The position numbers were made by a program, and so were the translations under genes. Positions 50,012 to 61,848 of a stretch of DNA of 64,000 nucleotides are shown piece by piece. Below the pieces are notes generated by a model, which saw only the letters and a list, made by a program, of their open reading frames with translations, had not been told where the DNA came from and ran no database searches. This DNA is from an uncultured Acidobacteriota bacterium. Its GTDB lineage: Bacteria > Acidobacteriota > Thermoanaerobaculia > Multivoradales > UBA5704. The stretch covers positions 4,256,001 to 4,320,000 of the forward strand of contig OY969474.1 in the NCBI GenBank assembly GCA_963700145.1. The letters run 5' to 3'. The first letter of the stretch is position 1. Every line of letters begins with the position of its first letter.

Positions 50012-51196
50012 GTGCGCATCCTCCTCGTCACCTCCCGGGTTCCCTGGCCGCCGCGCCGGGGGGACCAGGTGCGGGCGGTGCAGCAGCTCGAATTCCTCTC
50101 GACCGCGCACGAGGTGACGCTGCTCACGCCGGAGCCGGGACCGGACCGGCCGGCGCCTGCCGCGGCCGGCGCGTCCTTTCAGGTGGAGACCTATCGGCTC
50201 GGAGCGGCGGGAGCGGCGGTCGGGATCGGCCGCGCGCTGGTCGACGGGAGTCCCTTGCAGAGCGGGCTCTTCCGGTCGCCGGACCTCGGCCGGAAGCTGC
50301 GGGCGCTCGCGCCGCGGCACGATCTCGTCATCCTCCAGCTCGTGCGGCTCGCTGGCCACCTGGACGACGTCGGTGCGACGCCCGTCTTTGCCGACCTGAT
50401 CGACAGCCTGGCCCTCAACTTCGAGCGCCGCGCCGCGCTCGATCGGTCCTCCCTGCGCCCGCTCCTTCGCCTGGAGGCCCGCCGCCTCGCGCATGCCGAG
50501 CGGCGGCTGGTGGAGCGGGCGGCCGGCGCCCTGGTGGTGAGCGAGCGGGACCGGCGGGCGGTCGCCGCGGGACTTCCGGAAGAGCAGGCAAGGAAGCTCG
50601 ACGTCGTGCCGCTGGCGGTGGAGGGCTCCGTCCTCGCCGCGCCGGCCGAGGGGCGTCCCCTGCTCGCCCTCACCGGAAATCTCGGCTACTTCCCGAACGC
50701 CGACGCCGTCGTCTGGTGGCTGGGCGAGGTCTGGCCGGCGCTGCGCGCGCGGCGGCCGGAGGTACGGGTCGTGGTGGCCGGCGACCGGCCGGGGCGGGTG
50801 GTGCGGCGCGCCGTCGCGCGGGCGGGGAGCGGCGTCGAGCTGACACCGTCGCCGCCGGACCTTGGCGCCCTCCTCCGCCGGGCGACCCTCGCGCTCGTCC
50901 CCCTGCGTTGCGGCTCGGGCCTGCCGATCAAGGTGCTGGAGGCCTGGGCGGCTGGGGTGCCGGTCGTGGCCTCGCCGTGGGCCGCTGCGGGGACCACCGC
51001 CCGGCCGGGCGAAGACCTGCGCCTGGCCGAGCGGCCCGCGGAGTGGGTGGAGGCGGTCCTCGGCCTCCTGGACGACCCCGCCGAGCGCCAGCGCCTGGCC
51101 GCGGCCGGCAGCCGCCGGCTCGCCGCCGATTACGCCCCCGCCGTCGTCCGCGACCGGCTCCTGGCGAGCGTCGTCGCCGCCGTCGCGAGCCCCTGA
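50012..51196 (+). CDS. GT4-family glycosyltransferase
   Basis: PWPPRRGD, GNLGYFPN, GSGLPIKVLEAWAAGVPVV. Confidence 0.88.
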   Translation: MRILLVTSRVPWPPRRGDQVRAVQQLEFLSTAHEVTLLTPEPGPDRPAPAAAGASFQVETYRLGAAGAAVGIGRALVDGSPLQSGLFRSPDLGRKLRALAPRHDLVILQLVRLAGHLDDVGATPVFADLIDSLALNFERRAALDRSSLRPLLRLEARRLAHAERRLVERAAGALVVSERDRRAVAAGLPEEQARKLDVVPLAVEGSVLAAPAEGRPLLALTGNLGYFPNADAVVWWLGEVWPALRARRPEVRVVVAGDRPGRVVRRAVARAGSGVELTPSPPDLGALLRRATLALVPLRCGSGLPIKVLEAWAAGVPVVASPWAAAGTTARPGEDLRLAERPAEWVEAVLGLLDDPAERQRLAAAGSRRLAADYAPAVVRDRLLASVVAAVASP

Positions 51197-51278
51197 GCCG
51201 GGCCCCTGGCCCGGCTTTTGAATTTACGACCGGTGCCGCGCCGCTACCGGCGCGCCCTGCTGCCACGGGAGAGCGGCG

Positions 51279-51461
51279 ATGCCTTCGTCCTTCGGTGTCT
51301 ATCTGATCGGCTTCATCATCCTGATCATCGGCCTCGCCTTCGGGGCCTACCTGGCCGGCGCGCCGCCGGTGTGGATCGGCGTCGGCGTGATCTGCCTGGT
51401 CGGCATCGCCGTGCTGATGGGGGTCACCAAGACCACCCGGAAGGACACGCCGCCGTCGTAA
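51279..51461 (+). CDS. small two-TM membrane protein
   Basis: 60 aa with two hydrophobic helices; GGAGAG upstream. Confidence 0.65.
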   Translation: MPSSFGVYLIGFIILIIGLAFGAYLAGAPPVWIGVGVICLVGIAVLMGVTKTTRKDTPPS

Positions 51462-53204
<1,743 letters not shown>

Positions 53205-53244
53205 CGAGAGATAGACACCTTACGATGAAAGCGCTTCCGCCAGT

Positions 53245-54294
53245 CTAGCAGCGCGCCGGATCGGCGAGAAGGGCGGCCGCCCGCTCGGCGACGCGGGCCG
53301 GCGGGACGTCCAGCAGACAGGCCTTGACCTCCTCGAAGCGGCGGTAGCAGAAGCTGCAGGGGAGCGGGTGCCAGAGGGCGCGCTCGACCGCGCCGTAGGG
53401 GCCGTGGCGCTCCGGGTGAGTGGGGCCCATGACCATGACGACCGGCGTGCCGAGGGCGTGCGCGAGATGGGTGGGGCCGGTGTCGGCGCCGAGGAAGAGG
53501 CGGGCGGCGCGGGTGAGGGCGACGAGCGCGGGGAGGTCGGGCGCCGGGACGGCGGCGGCGGCGCCGGCCGCGGCGGCCTCGACGGCGGCGGCCAGCGCCT
53601 CCTCGCCCGGGGCGACGGCGATGCGGGTGGGGAGGCCGGTCGCCTCGCGCAGCCGGCGCGCCGCCTCCCCCCAGCGCTCCGGCGGGTAGCGCTTGTTGGC
53701 CCAGGCGGCGCCGGGGTGGAGGAGGGCGAACGGCTCGCCGGCGAGGGCGGGCGGGGCGAGGGCGGCGGGGAGGAGGCGGTCGCCGCCGAAGTCCGCCGGC
53801 TCGGGCGGCAGGCCGAGGGCGTCGAGGAGGGCCAGGCCGCGGTCCACGGCGTGGACGCCGCGCGGCAGGACCGCCTCGTTGACCCAGACCGCGCTCGACG
53901 GCTCCCGGCGGGCCCGGCGGGCGAGGCCGATGCGGCGGCCGGCGCCGGAGAGGGCGGCGATCGCGCCGGCTTTGTGGTTCCCCATGAGGTCGAGCGCGAT
54001 GTCGGGTGCGAAGCGGCGGACGGCGGAGCGGAAGGCGCGTAGCTCGCGAAGGGTGGCGGCGGCGAACGGCCGCCGGCGCCAGTCGCGCAGGCGGACGACG
54101 AAGAGCTCGTCGATGTCCGGATGCCCGGCAAGGAGCGGCGCCATCGCCGCCTCGACCACCCATCCGATCCGCGCCTGCGGGAGATGCCGGCGGAGGGCGG
54201 TCAGGACGGGGAGGGCGTGGACGACGTCCCCCAGCGCGGAGGTGCGGACGATTAGGAGGCGCTGCGGGGGGGCGGCGGGCGGCGGGGCGGTCAT
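53245..54294 (-). CDS. LPS heptosyltransferase (GT9, WaaC-like)
   Basis: RTSALGDVVHALP, HPGAAWANKRYP, DTGPTHLA. Confidence 0.9.
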   Translation of the reverse strand: MTAPPPAAPPQRLLIVRTSALGDVVHALPVLTALRRHLPQARIGWVVEAAMAPLLAGHPDIDELFVVRLRDWRRRPFAAATLRELRAFRSAVRRFAPDIALDLMGNHKAGAIAALSGAGRRIGLARRARREPSSAVWVNEAVLPRGVHAVDRGLALLDALGLPPEPADFGGDRLLPAALAPPALAGEPFALLHPGAAWANKRYPPERWGEAARRLREATGLPTRIAVAPGEEALAAAVEAAAAGAAAAVPAPDLPALVALTRAARLFLGADTGPTHLAHALGTPVVMVMGPTHPERHGPYGAVERALWHPLPCSFCYRRFEEVKACLLDVPPARVAERAAALLADPARC

Positions 54295-54385
54295 CCGGCG
54301 GGAGATTATCCCGCCCGCCGGCCACCGGGATCGATCCCCGGGCCGCTGCGGCGATCCGCCGCTTCGTAGGGGATATGAGCCCAAG

Positions 54386-54657
54386 GCTCGGGAATGTCAT
54401 CCCGACGGCCGGGAAAGTTATCCCGACGGCCGGGAAAGCTTTCCCGACGCTCGGGAAAATGATCCTGACGCTCGGGATAATTATCCGAGCACTCAGGAAA
54501 GCTTTCCGGACAGTCAGGAAAGTTATCCCGAAGCTCGGGAAAGTTATCCCGATGGTCGGGAAAGTTATCCCGACGCCCGGGAAAGCTTTCCCGACGCTCG
54601 GGAAGACTTCCTGGTGCTCGGGAAGACCTTCCCGGTGCTCGGGAGCATTCCGGCCGC
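54386..54657. repeat. tandem array of ~13 self-palindromic 21-bp units
   Basis: Consensus about GSYCGGGAAAGYTWTCCCGAC; core CGGGAAAGCTTTCCCG is a perfect palindrome in some units. Confidence 0.92.
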
Positions 54658-54820
54658 GGCGGAAAAACTGTGTCTTCCGCCGCCCCCGAAGTGTCTCCAC
54701 TGCCGCAGGTTAACCGCGCGCCACCGGCAATCCCATCGCAGGGGCGTTCGTTCCTGGCAGCTACTCAGGCAAGAGTTTCGGGACCGTCTGCGGGCAAGTC
54801 GGCCCGCTCGGCATGGTCCG

Positions 54821-55120
54821 TCACGCCGTTCCCTTCTTGCTCTTTGCTCGTTTCCTGCCGCGTTCGTTCTCGACCTCGTGCCAGAGCTCCTCGTGCCCGA
54901 GTCCCTCCCCGGCGCGGATCTGCGCGCGCGCTTTCTCCAGGATGGACCGCAGGCGAGCCGAGTTGGCGAGGATCAAGCGTTCGAGCTCCTCTTCGTCCCG
55001 GACGGCCAGCAACGCGGCGACCGGCTTGCCGTTCCGCGTCACGATGACCGGCCCCTCTTCGCTCTGCTTGAGATAGGCGCTGAACTGCGCCTTGACTTCA
55101 GCGACCGACGCGATCTTCAT
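54821..55120 (-). CDS. Phd/YefM antitoxin, copy 1
   Basis: MKIASVAEVKAQFSAYL..GPVIVTRNGKPVA. Confidence 0.9.
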   Translation of the reverse strand: MKIASVAEVKAQFSAYLKQSEEGPVIVTRNGKPVAALLAVRDEEELERLILANSARLRSILEKARAQIRAGEGLGHEELWHEVENERGRKRAKSKKGTA

Positions 55121-55439
55121 GAGTCCACTTCCTCTCCGCCGATCAACAAGCGCTCCCGCTCCTTGACGCCGATCGCCAGGATGTACACCGCACGGCTCTC
55201 CTGGTCGATCTCGTAGAACACGCGGAACCGGTTGTCGGGACCGAAGCGCAACTCCCATTGCGCCTCGAGCACCGCCGGCTGCCGCAGCGGCTCGCGGTTC
55301 CTCGTCTCGGCATCCGGCTCGAACCGCAGCTGCTCCTCAAGGGTCGCCCGGATCAACGGGTAGTGCCGCCGCTCGATGGCTCCAGGTGCCGCTTGACCTC
55401 CGGGGCGTAGATCAAGTCGTACGGACGGCGCCTCGGCAC
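55117..55439 (-). CDS. RelE/ParE toxin, copy 1, one base short near 55381 relative to copy 2
   Basis: WELRFGPDNRFRVFYEID..VYILAIGVK. Confidence 0.85.
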
Positions 55440-55530
55440 GATGACCAGAATTATGACTATCTAGAATTGCTGCGTCAACACGCCGGGCTCGCGGTAAGCT
55501 TTCGACCTCTCAACGTCAGCACCGGACTCC

Positions 55531-56041
55531 GTGGAACCCGATTCGACTGCGACCTCCGTCCACGTTCTTCCCCGGCAGATGCCGGCAGGGCTCTGGCACC
55601 GGCTCATTCGGGCACTCGTCTCGAAGGAGAGCTGGTTCGGCTTGGTCTGGCGGGACCAGCTTGAAATGGTCGCAGCGTGCGAGGGGCGTTCGCGAGTTCC
55701 TTCAGCCGCTCGCGGTCGACAAACGTCGTGCCGACCGCTGGTCTGGCACGCAGCTGTCCGACTCCCAGGCTACGGTCGTCATTTATCGCACCTCGCCGAG
55801 GGTGCTCCCGTTGCTGCTGTCGACCGACAGTCCCTTCGATTGGCTCAGCCCCGACTTGCCAGAAGATCTGTTCTTCGGCTCGGGCGACTCCGAACTGGCA
55901 CTGGTCACGGTCACCCACGAACGCGATGCATGGCTGCTCAAGCGACGCTACGCCCAATTGCTCGGTAGCGAAGCCACTCTCCGCAAAGAGCGTCTCTCCT
56001 CTCGCGACCGACACCTGCTACTGGGCAAAGGGGAAGAGTGA
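55531..56041 (+). CDS. hypothetical cassette-like protein, frameshift near 55665
   Basis: Two overlapping frames join into ~170 aa (RWSGTQL, DWLSPDLPEDLFF, VTHERDAWL). Confidence 0.55.
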
Positions 56042-56466
56042 TGAGTACCTCCAAGGCCGAAGCTCGAAAGCCTGTTGTCCTGGCCCCCGGACAAGGGCGT
56101 GCGTATCCGATGGGGCGCATCAGTGCCGTGTTCAAGGCTGATGGGCCTGAAACAGAATCGCGCTACTCTGTCTCGGAATGGTGGCTCGAGCCGCGCACCC
56201 AAGGTCCTGGCGCGCATTCCCATGCTGAAGACGATCTGTTCTACGTCATCGAGGGAACCATGAGTGTTCTGGTTGGCGAAGAATGGGTTGAGGCTGCCAA
56301 AGGTTCTTTTGTCCTTGTACCCGGAGGCGTCACACATGATTTCGAAAACCGGGGAAGCGTTCGTGCCGGCGTTCTGAATTTCTCGGTGCCTGGTCCGTTC
56401 GAGCCTGAAATGCCAGGCATTGCCGAGTGGTTCGCCAAGAACCCGCCGAAGGACACAGGCACCTGA
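56041..56466 (+). CDS. cupin domain protein
   Basis: GPGAHSHAEDDLFYVIEG, VPGGVTHDF. Confidence 0.88.
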   Translation: MSTSKAEARKPVVLAPGQGRAYPMGRISAVFKADGPETESRYSVSEWWLEPRTQGPGAHSHAEDDLFYVIEGTMSVLVGEEWVEAAKGSFVLVPGGVTHDFENRGSVRAGVLNFSVPGPFEPEMPGIAEWFAKNPPKDTGT

Positions 56467-56475
56467 CGTCGCAAA

Positions 56476-57021
56476 ATGCCCACATTCGTAGCCCTGCTGC
56501 GCGGCATCAATGTTGGCAAGGCCAAGCGTGTTCCCATGGCCGAGCTGCGCGCCATGCTCTCCGGCTTGGGCTACACGGGTGTGGCTACCTTGCTGAACAG
56601 CGGCAACGCCGTCTTCCACGCCCCAGGAGGCACGCCGGCGAAGCATGCGGCAGACATTGCCGCTGCAATCTCCACCCGACTCAAGGTTGAGGTGCCGGTC
56701 ATCGTCAAGTCGGCAAGCGAGCTGGCAGCCGTCATCTCCGAGAATCCAATCAAAGCAGGAGCGGAAGAGCATCCACGCCTTCTGGTTGCATTCGTTCAAG
56801 ACGCCAAAGCGCTGTCGAGTCTTGCGGCCATCGAGTCGCTGGTTGTACCTCCGGAACGGTTTTCGGTAGGCAGGAACGCCGCGTACCTCCTCTGCGCCAC
56901 GGGCATCCTGGAAAGCAAGGCTTGGGAAGCCCTCCTCGGCAAGGCGGGTAAGTCGGCCACCACGAGAAACTGGGCAACCGTCCTCAAGCTGCAGGCTCTG
57001 GTCAATGAAGCCGGCGCCTAA
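56476..57021 (+). CDS. DUF1697 protein
   Basis: VALLRGINVG, TLLNSGNAVF, TTRNWATV. Confidence 0.9.
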   Translation: MPTFVALLRGINVGKAKRVPMAELRAMLSGLGYTGVATLLNSGNAVFHAPGGTPAKHAADIAAAISTRLKVEVPVIVKSASELAAVISENPIKAGAEEHPRLLVAFVQDAKALSSLAAIESLVVPPERFSVGRNAAYLLCATGILESKAWEALLGKAGKSATTRNWATVLKLQALVNEAGA

Positions 57022-57031
57022 TCCGCGGCCG

Positions 57032-57584
57032 ATGAAATCGAAACGTGGACTGCTCGCAGCTTCCGTTCTTCTGCTGGCGTTCCCCATCGCCGCGCTGTAC
57101 CGACTCATCTTTGATCACGGGGTCGAGGTCGTGATTCACTTGGCGCTCGCCGCCGGTGCGCTACTGATCTGCGTCGCCGTGTTCGACTTCAGGACCGCGA
57201 TGGGTCGCGTGGATCGCCTCCTTCTCGACCGGCCTTCTCGGCACCATTTTTCTCCTCCAGGGCGCGAGTGAACTGCTCCACAACGCGTCGTTCAGTCATT
57301 TGGTCTATCAGGTATTGGGACAAGCCCTGGAGCGCTGGCTCGTTTACTTCTTCATGCTGTGGTGCATCGCGGTGTTGCTTGCGGATAGCCAGGGCAAAAC
57401 GCGGATCGGAGGCGGCGTCGCGCTCGGCCTGGTCGTGTGTCTCGAAGCATTAGCGGTCAGCCTCTCGCTCGCCGGATCCTCTCTCTACGCCATCGCGCCA
57501 TGGCTCGTCGTGCTGTATTTCCTGCCGCTCGTGTGGCTGCTGGTTGAAAGCAGGACGACGCGGTCAGTCGTGACCGCCGCCTGA
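57032..57584 (+). CDS. membrane protein, frameshifted
   Basis: Hydrophobic ORF pieces 57032-57271 and 57300-57584. Confidence 0.55.
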
Positions 57585-57623
57585 CGGGTGCGCCGCTTGC
57601 GCTGAACTCAAGTACCGTTAGAC
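57579..57623 (+). mobile_element. shortened attC-like site
   Basis: GCCTGAC overlapping the stop, then GCTGAACTC, then GTTAGAC (GTTRRRY core). Confidence 0.6.
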
Positions 57624-57629
57624 GGAACC

Positions 57630-58649
57630 TTGACCATCATGCACGCAGCTGCAGCGCACCATCGCGCGTCCGCCCTACTGTTCATGGGCATTGTGGTCGC
57701 TGTGTATGCCACCGCGCTGGCCGTTGGCGGCCAGCTGCCCGGCTTGGAGCGGGCGAGCGCCGTCGCGGTCGGCCTGACGACGGACATGGTCGTCGTCGTT
57801 CCGCTGGCGTTCTACCTCTTGGTCGTACGCCGGCGGCGGCTACCGCTCGTCACGCTGGTCCCGGTTTTCGTTCTCAGCGTGCTGGCCGCGTCGCGAGTTC
57901 TTCCCGCTGGCCACCAGCAGCCCCTGCGCGTCCTCGAAGCTCTGGCTGTGCTCATGGAGCTCGGCCTCATCGGCTGGGTCGCGTGGCGCGCCACGAGAGC
58001 ACTGCGGAAGGCGCGTCGCGATGCAACAGCAGACCCGCTCGAGCAACTCCGGCACGCGGCGTTCGAGCTGACGAGGAACGACCGCGTCGCGGCGGTGCTT
58101 GCGTTGGATCTCGGTGTCTTCTACTACGGGTTGGGGTCGTGGCGGGCTCGGCCTCACGCGCCCTTGGGCTCGTCCGCCTTCACGCATCATCGCCGCAGCG
58201 GTCACGCTGCGATCGTCTTTGCCTTCCTGCTCATCATGGCGGCCGAAGGGTTCGCCGTGCACCTCCTGCTTCGCATGTGGAGCACGCTCGCCGCGTGGCT
58301 CTTCACGATCGGCACCGCTTACGGCGCGCTGTGGTTGATCGCCGACTACCGCGCGACGGTGCTGCGCCCGATCCTGGTCAGCGATGAGAGCATCTTGGTC
58401 CGGGCCGGATTCCGCTGCATTCTGCGGGTGCCGCGCGCGTGCATTGCCGAGGTCGGGCGCCAGAAGCCGGAGTTCGGGAAGGCGAGCCTCAATCTCACCT
58501 TCCTGGGCACACCTACGCGCTGGCTCACGCTTTCCGAGCCGATGCTGGCACTGGGGCCATACGGTCTCCATCGTCGCGTGCGCGCCATAGGCATCGGGCC
58601 TGACACGCCCGACGAGTTCGACAGAATTCTTACGCAAAGCTCGTCATGA
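57630..58649 (+). CDS. multi-pass membrane hypothetical protein
   Basis: 339-aa hydrophobic ORF starting right after the attC core. Confidence 0.7.
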   Translation: MTIMHAAAAHHRASALLFMGIVVAVYATALAVGGQLPGLERASAVAVGLTTDMVVVVPLAFYLLVVRRRRLPLVTLVPVFVLSVLAASRVLPAGHQQPLRVLEALAVLMELGLIGWVAWRATRALRKARRDATADPLEQLRHAAFELTRNDRVAAVLALDLGVFYYGLGSWRARPHAPLGSSAFTHHRRSGHAAIVFAFLLIMAAEGFAVHLLLRMWSTLAAWLFTIGTAYGALWLIADYRATVLRPILVSDESILVRAGFRCILRVPRACIAEVGRQKPEFGKASLNLTFLGTPTRWLTLSEPMLALGPYGLHRRVRAIGIGPDTPDEFDRILTQSSS

Positions 58650-59334
58650 GAATCCTGGCGCTGGCTGCGCTTGCCCTCTGGCCATTCAGGGCTTCGGCGG
58701 AGCCTCCGGCCCTCATCGACCAGATATCCTGGGGATCAGCGATCTGGACGCTGGAATCGAGGAGTTCGAGCGGCGTACTGGCGTTCGCCCCGCCTATGGG
58801 GGCAAGCATCCGACGGGGACCCACAATGCGCTGGTGTCTCTCGGCGACGGCACCTACCTGGAGATCATCGCGGTGCAGCCGGGCGCCTCTGCCCCTCTCG
58901 GCTTCTCTGAGCTTGCCGCCTTCAAATCTCTGACGCCCATCGGCTGGGCTGTGTCCGCCAGCGACATAAGCCAGCTGCGTAGCCGGCTCGCCGCCGCTGG
59001 AGTAGAGCTCAGGGACGCCGGGCAGGGATCCCGCACAACTCCTTCCGGAGCGACGCTGCGCTGGCACACGCTAGGTCTCAAAGACGAGGTTCGCGAGGCT
59101 CCCTTTTTCATTGTGTGGTCGCCAGACAGTCCCCATCCGTCTTCCACCTCGCCACCGGGGTGTTCACTCGATCGATGGAGCATTGCTGGCCCCAATGATC
59201 GGTTGCTGGAGAGACTGCGCAGTGCGCTCCAACTCCCAGTCAACATCGCGACGACTCCGTCGCCCGCACTGCATCTCACGTTGACTTGCCCCAGCGGCTC
59301 GGCATCGTTCGCATCTCCGACTCAGCGGCCGTGA
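58646..59334 (+). CDS. VOC/glyoxalase_3 family protein, frameshift near 58730
   Basis: GGKHPTGTHNALVSLGDGTYLEIIA, PFFIVW. Confidence 0.82.
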
Positions 59335-59340
59335 CCAGAC

Positions 59341-59414
59341 CCCTAACCCCTCGTTGCAGCCGACACCGCCGGGCGTTCGCCTGTGTGGTGCCGCTGAACT
59401 CATACGCCGTAGGC
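59341..59414 (+). mobile_element. attC-like site
   Basis: CCCTAAC-CCCTCGTTGCAGCCGAC...GCCGCTGAACTC...CGTAGGC; inner arms pair, right core is one T short of GTTAGGC. Confidence 0.65.
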
Positions 59415-59991
59415 GCCTCCAGGGAACTCACCGCTAACCGGTAGGGTCCAACACTGTCGTGTCCATCAGGCTCGGAACATTCCTCATCCTCGTCGCTACC
59501 GTGGCAGCAGCGAGCATGGCAATCGGCCCGGCGGTGGGGCCAATGAGAGGCGACACCGATCCGCCGTCTAAGCGCCGCCTCTCGCGTGCGCAAGCTGCTT
59601 AGGCGACCTCATCGATCCGGCTGGCTCCCACCGATCGCCGGGCCGAGGCGCCGTCCCCCCGAGATGTCCGCAACCCACCGCCGTCGAAGTGAACGCCGGG
59701 CGAAGCCTTAGCCCGGCCCACTACGAACCGCGAACATCGCGCTCGGGCGTCGCATTTGCGACCCAGCTCCTATCCTGCTAAAGTCCGTATAGCTTATAGA
59801 GAGTAAGGTATCTAGGATGATACACGCCGCCGGCGGCGCAGGAGCATATGCGGACAATGGAACGATCTCTGCGCCGTGCTCAAAAGTCGTCTAATCGGTG
59901 AAGCGGAGGTTGGCCGGCTACAGCTAGGACGAGATGCTACAACACAACTGCCTAAGCGATTATCAAAGGCGAGTACTACAAGGAGATTAAA

Positions 59992-60495
59992 ATGAAAAGG
60001 CGTCATTTACTCGCCACCGCGCTTTCGCGAGAAACGGCTACTCCTTGTAAGTGGGGAGTCCGGGACTTACTTGACCCAATTAGTAAATCAGGCATTGCAA
60101 TGGGAGTTCTCATCCTCATGGCGTGCTCCAAACCTCCCTCCGATCTTGAGGGGGACTGGGTCGGCCGGAGCAAGAATGCAGATCCTCGGCAAGTATATGG
60201 AATTGCGTGGCACATAAATACTCACGAAGGAAACAACATAGGGGGAGTCGTCTCCATAAACCACAATGGGACAATCGGAAACGGTCTTGTCTCGGGGAAC
60301 CTCTACTCGCCTGAGACGCTGAGCTTCAATATCCAGATACCCAAGAAGGGTTATCCGGTTCCGCTGGATCAATGCTCCACTAATTTCGAGGGCTCAGCCC
60401 ACGTAAGCGCCCAGGCGATTGAAGGAGGTTTCAAGGGGACCACTTGCGACGGGCAGCCCACAGGAGATATAGAGTTCTCTCTAAGCAGGAAATAA
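59992..60495 (+). CDS. putative lipoprotein, low GC; start uncertain
   Basis: Lipobox-like LMAC, then LEGDWVG and a beta-rich domain. Confidence 0.6.
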   Translation: MKRRHLLATALSRETATPCKWGVRDLLDPISKSGIAMGVLILMACSKPPSDLEGDWVGRSKNADPRQVYGIAWHINTHEGNNIGGVVSINHNGTIGNGLVSGNLYSPETLSFNIQIPKKGYPVPLDQCSTNFEGSAHVSAQAIEGGFKGTTCDGQPTGDIEFSLSRK

Positions 60496-60512
60496 TAGAA
60501 AGAGGGGAGTCC

Positions 60513-60980
60513 ATGTTAACAAAGGCATCGTTGGTTATTCTCAGTCTGAGCCTGTTGCTATCGTTCGCCTGCTCATCTGCGGGGGGTGTTTACAGAAGCG
60601 CCAATGAGATCAACAGTATCGCTTTTCAGGATCATCATGACAGCCGTATTCCTTCGTTGATGACTACCCTTCGCGAGAAACTCGCACGCGCGAAGGACGT
60701 AACCAGGTCGAAACGAGAAGGTGCGTTCTTCCAAGAAGCCGGAAGACTACTTGAAATCTATGAGGATGCTCTCTATATTCAAGGCCAAGCCACTCCAGAA
60801 GGATTTGTCCCGGTCACAGCCGAGACAAAGCAGATTCTGAGCAAATATGGTGTGTCGACCGAAAAGATAGAAGAGGGTGAGGCCTTTCCAATGGTGGCTT
60901 CAAGCCGGATCTGGGGCAGTGCTTTTACTCAATGGGGGAAACTGAGAGATGACTACAAACGTTTGCGATGGCCCAGATAG
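60513..60980 (+). CDS. putative lipoprotein, low GC
   Basis: SD GGGGAG; MLTK-hydrophobic-LSFAC. Confidence 0.65.
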   Translation: MLTKASLVILSLSLLLSFACSSAGGVYRSANEINSIAFQDHHDSRIPSLMTTLREKLARAKDVTRSKREGAFFQEAGRLLEIYEDALYIQGQATPEGFVPVTAETKQILSKYGVSTEKIEEGEAFPMVASSRIWGSAFTQWGKLRDDYKRLRWPR

Positions 60981-61112
60981 CCATATGAGCGCGCCGGCGC
61001 GCAGGTTCTGATTCCTTCACAGAATAGTTCTTGGGCGACCGACAGGACGCCTCTGAGCCGGACCTACCTCCCCGCCTCCTCGCTCCGCTCGGCCGGCGCG
61101 CGATATTCGGCC

Positions 61113-61580
61113 ATGATCGCGATGGAGCCAATCGGCACCGTCCGCAGCCCCTTCACCGAAACGGCGCAGATCCCCAAGGGGCCGGGGGCCGAGCACCATG
61201 CCGAGGGTGTACTCGAGCTGCTGCCGGAGTACGAGGCCGGCCTCGGCGACGTCGAGGGCTTCTCGCACCTCTTTGTCCTCTGGGTCTTCCACCGCGCCGG
61301 ACCGCCGGAGCTGCTCGCCCGGCCGCCGGGCGCCGAGCGCCCATACGGCGTCTTCGCCACGCGCTCGCCGCAACGGCCGAACCCGATCGGCCTGACGGTG
61401 GTCAGGCTGCTGCGGCGCGAGGGGCCGCGACTCTACGTCCGCGGTGTGGACATGCTCGACGGGACGCCGATCCTCGACCTCAAGCCTTATCTCTCGAGCG
61501 TTCCCGCCGAGGAGCTCCGCCGTGGCTGGCTCGATGGCGAAGGCCCGGGCAAGGAAGACCCTGATGTCGCCACCTCGTAA
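61113..61580 (+). CDS. tsaA: tRNA m6t6A37 methyltransferase TrmO/TsaA-like
   Basis: PIGTVRSPF, GVFATRSPQRPNPIGL, DMLDGTPILDLKPY. Confidence 0.9.
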   Translation: MIAMEPIGTVRSPFTETAQIPKGPGAEHHAEGVLELLPEYEAGLGDVEGFSHLFVLWVFHRAGPPELLARPPGAERPYGVFATRSPQRPNPIGLTVVRLLRREGPRLYVRGVDMLDGTPILDLKPYLSSVPAEELRRGWLDGEGPGKEDPDVATS

Positions 61581-61767
61581 CCTAGTGATCGACGACGACC
61601 TGCTGGCGCAGGCCCTGAGGGTGGGCGGCTTCAGGACGAAAGGCGAGACGGTCAACCAGGCGTTGAGGGAGTTCATCGCCCGCAGGCATCGGCTCGGGCT
61701 GGTCGACCTGTTCGGGAAGGTCGACTACTCGAGCAACGACTACAAGGAAGAACGCCGCACCCGTTGA
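61564..61767 (+). CDS. VapB-like antitoxin, orphan
   Basis: NLVIDDDLLAQAL..TKGETVNQALREFIARR...DYKEERR. Confidence 0.8.
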   Translation: MSPPRNLVIDDDLLAQALRVGGFRTKGETVNQALREFIARRHRLGLVDLFGKVDYSSNDYKEERRTR

Positions 61768-61848
61768 TCCTTTGACACGTCGGTCCGAGCTTTCGGAGTT
61801 GCAACCGCCTCTAAGCGAGCACCCGCTGCCGACACTCGTTCCTGGCGG

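Larger units (their letters stand above)
54748..55480 (-). repeat. copy 1 of the duplicated relE-phd-orf3 operon (direct repeat with 61836-62787)
   Basis: Near-identical DNA including the TTGAC-N-CATAAT promoter; third gene internally deleted. Confidence 0.9.

Noticed and set aside
54386-54657. Palindromic array as CRISPR or as a real CDS
   Set aside because: No spacers; ORFs cross it in several frames simply because the period is a multiple of three.
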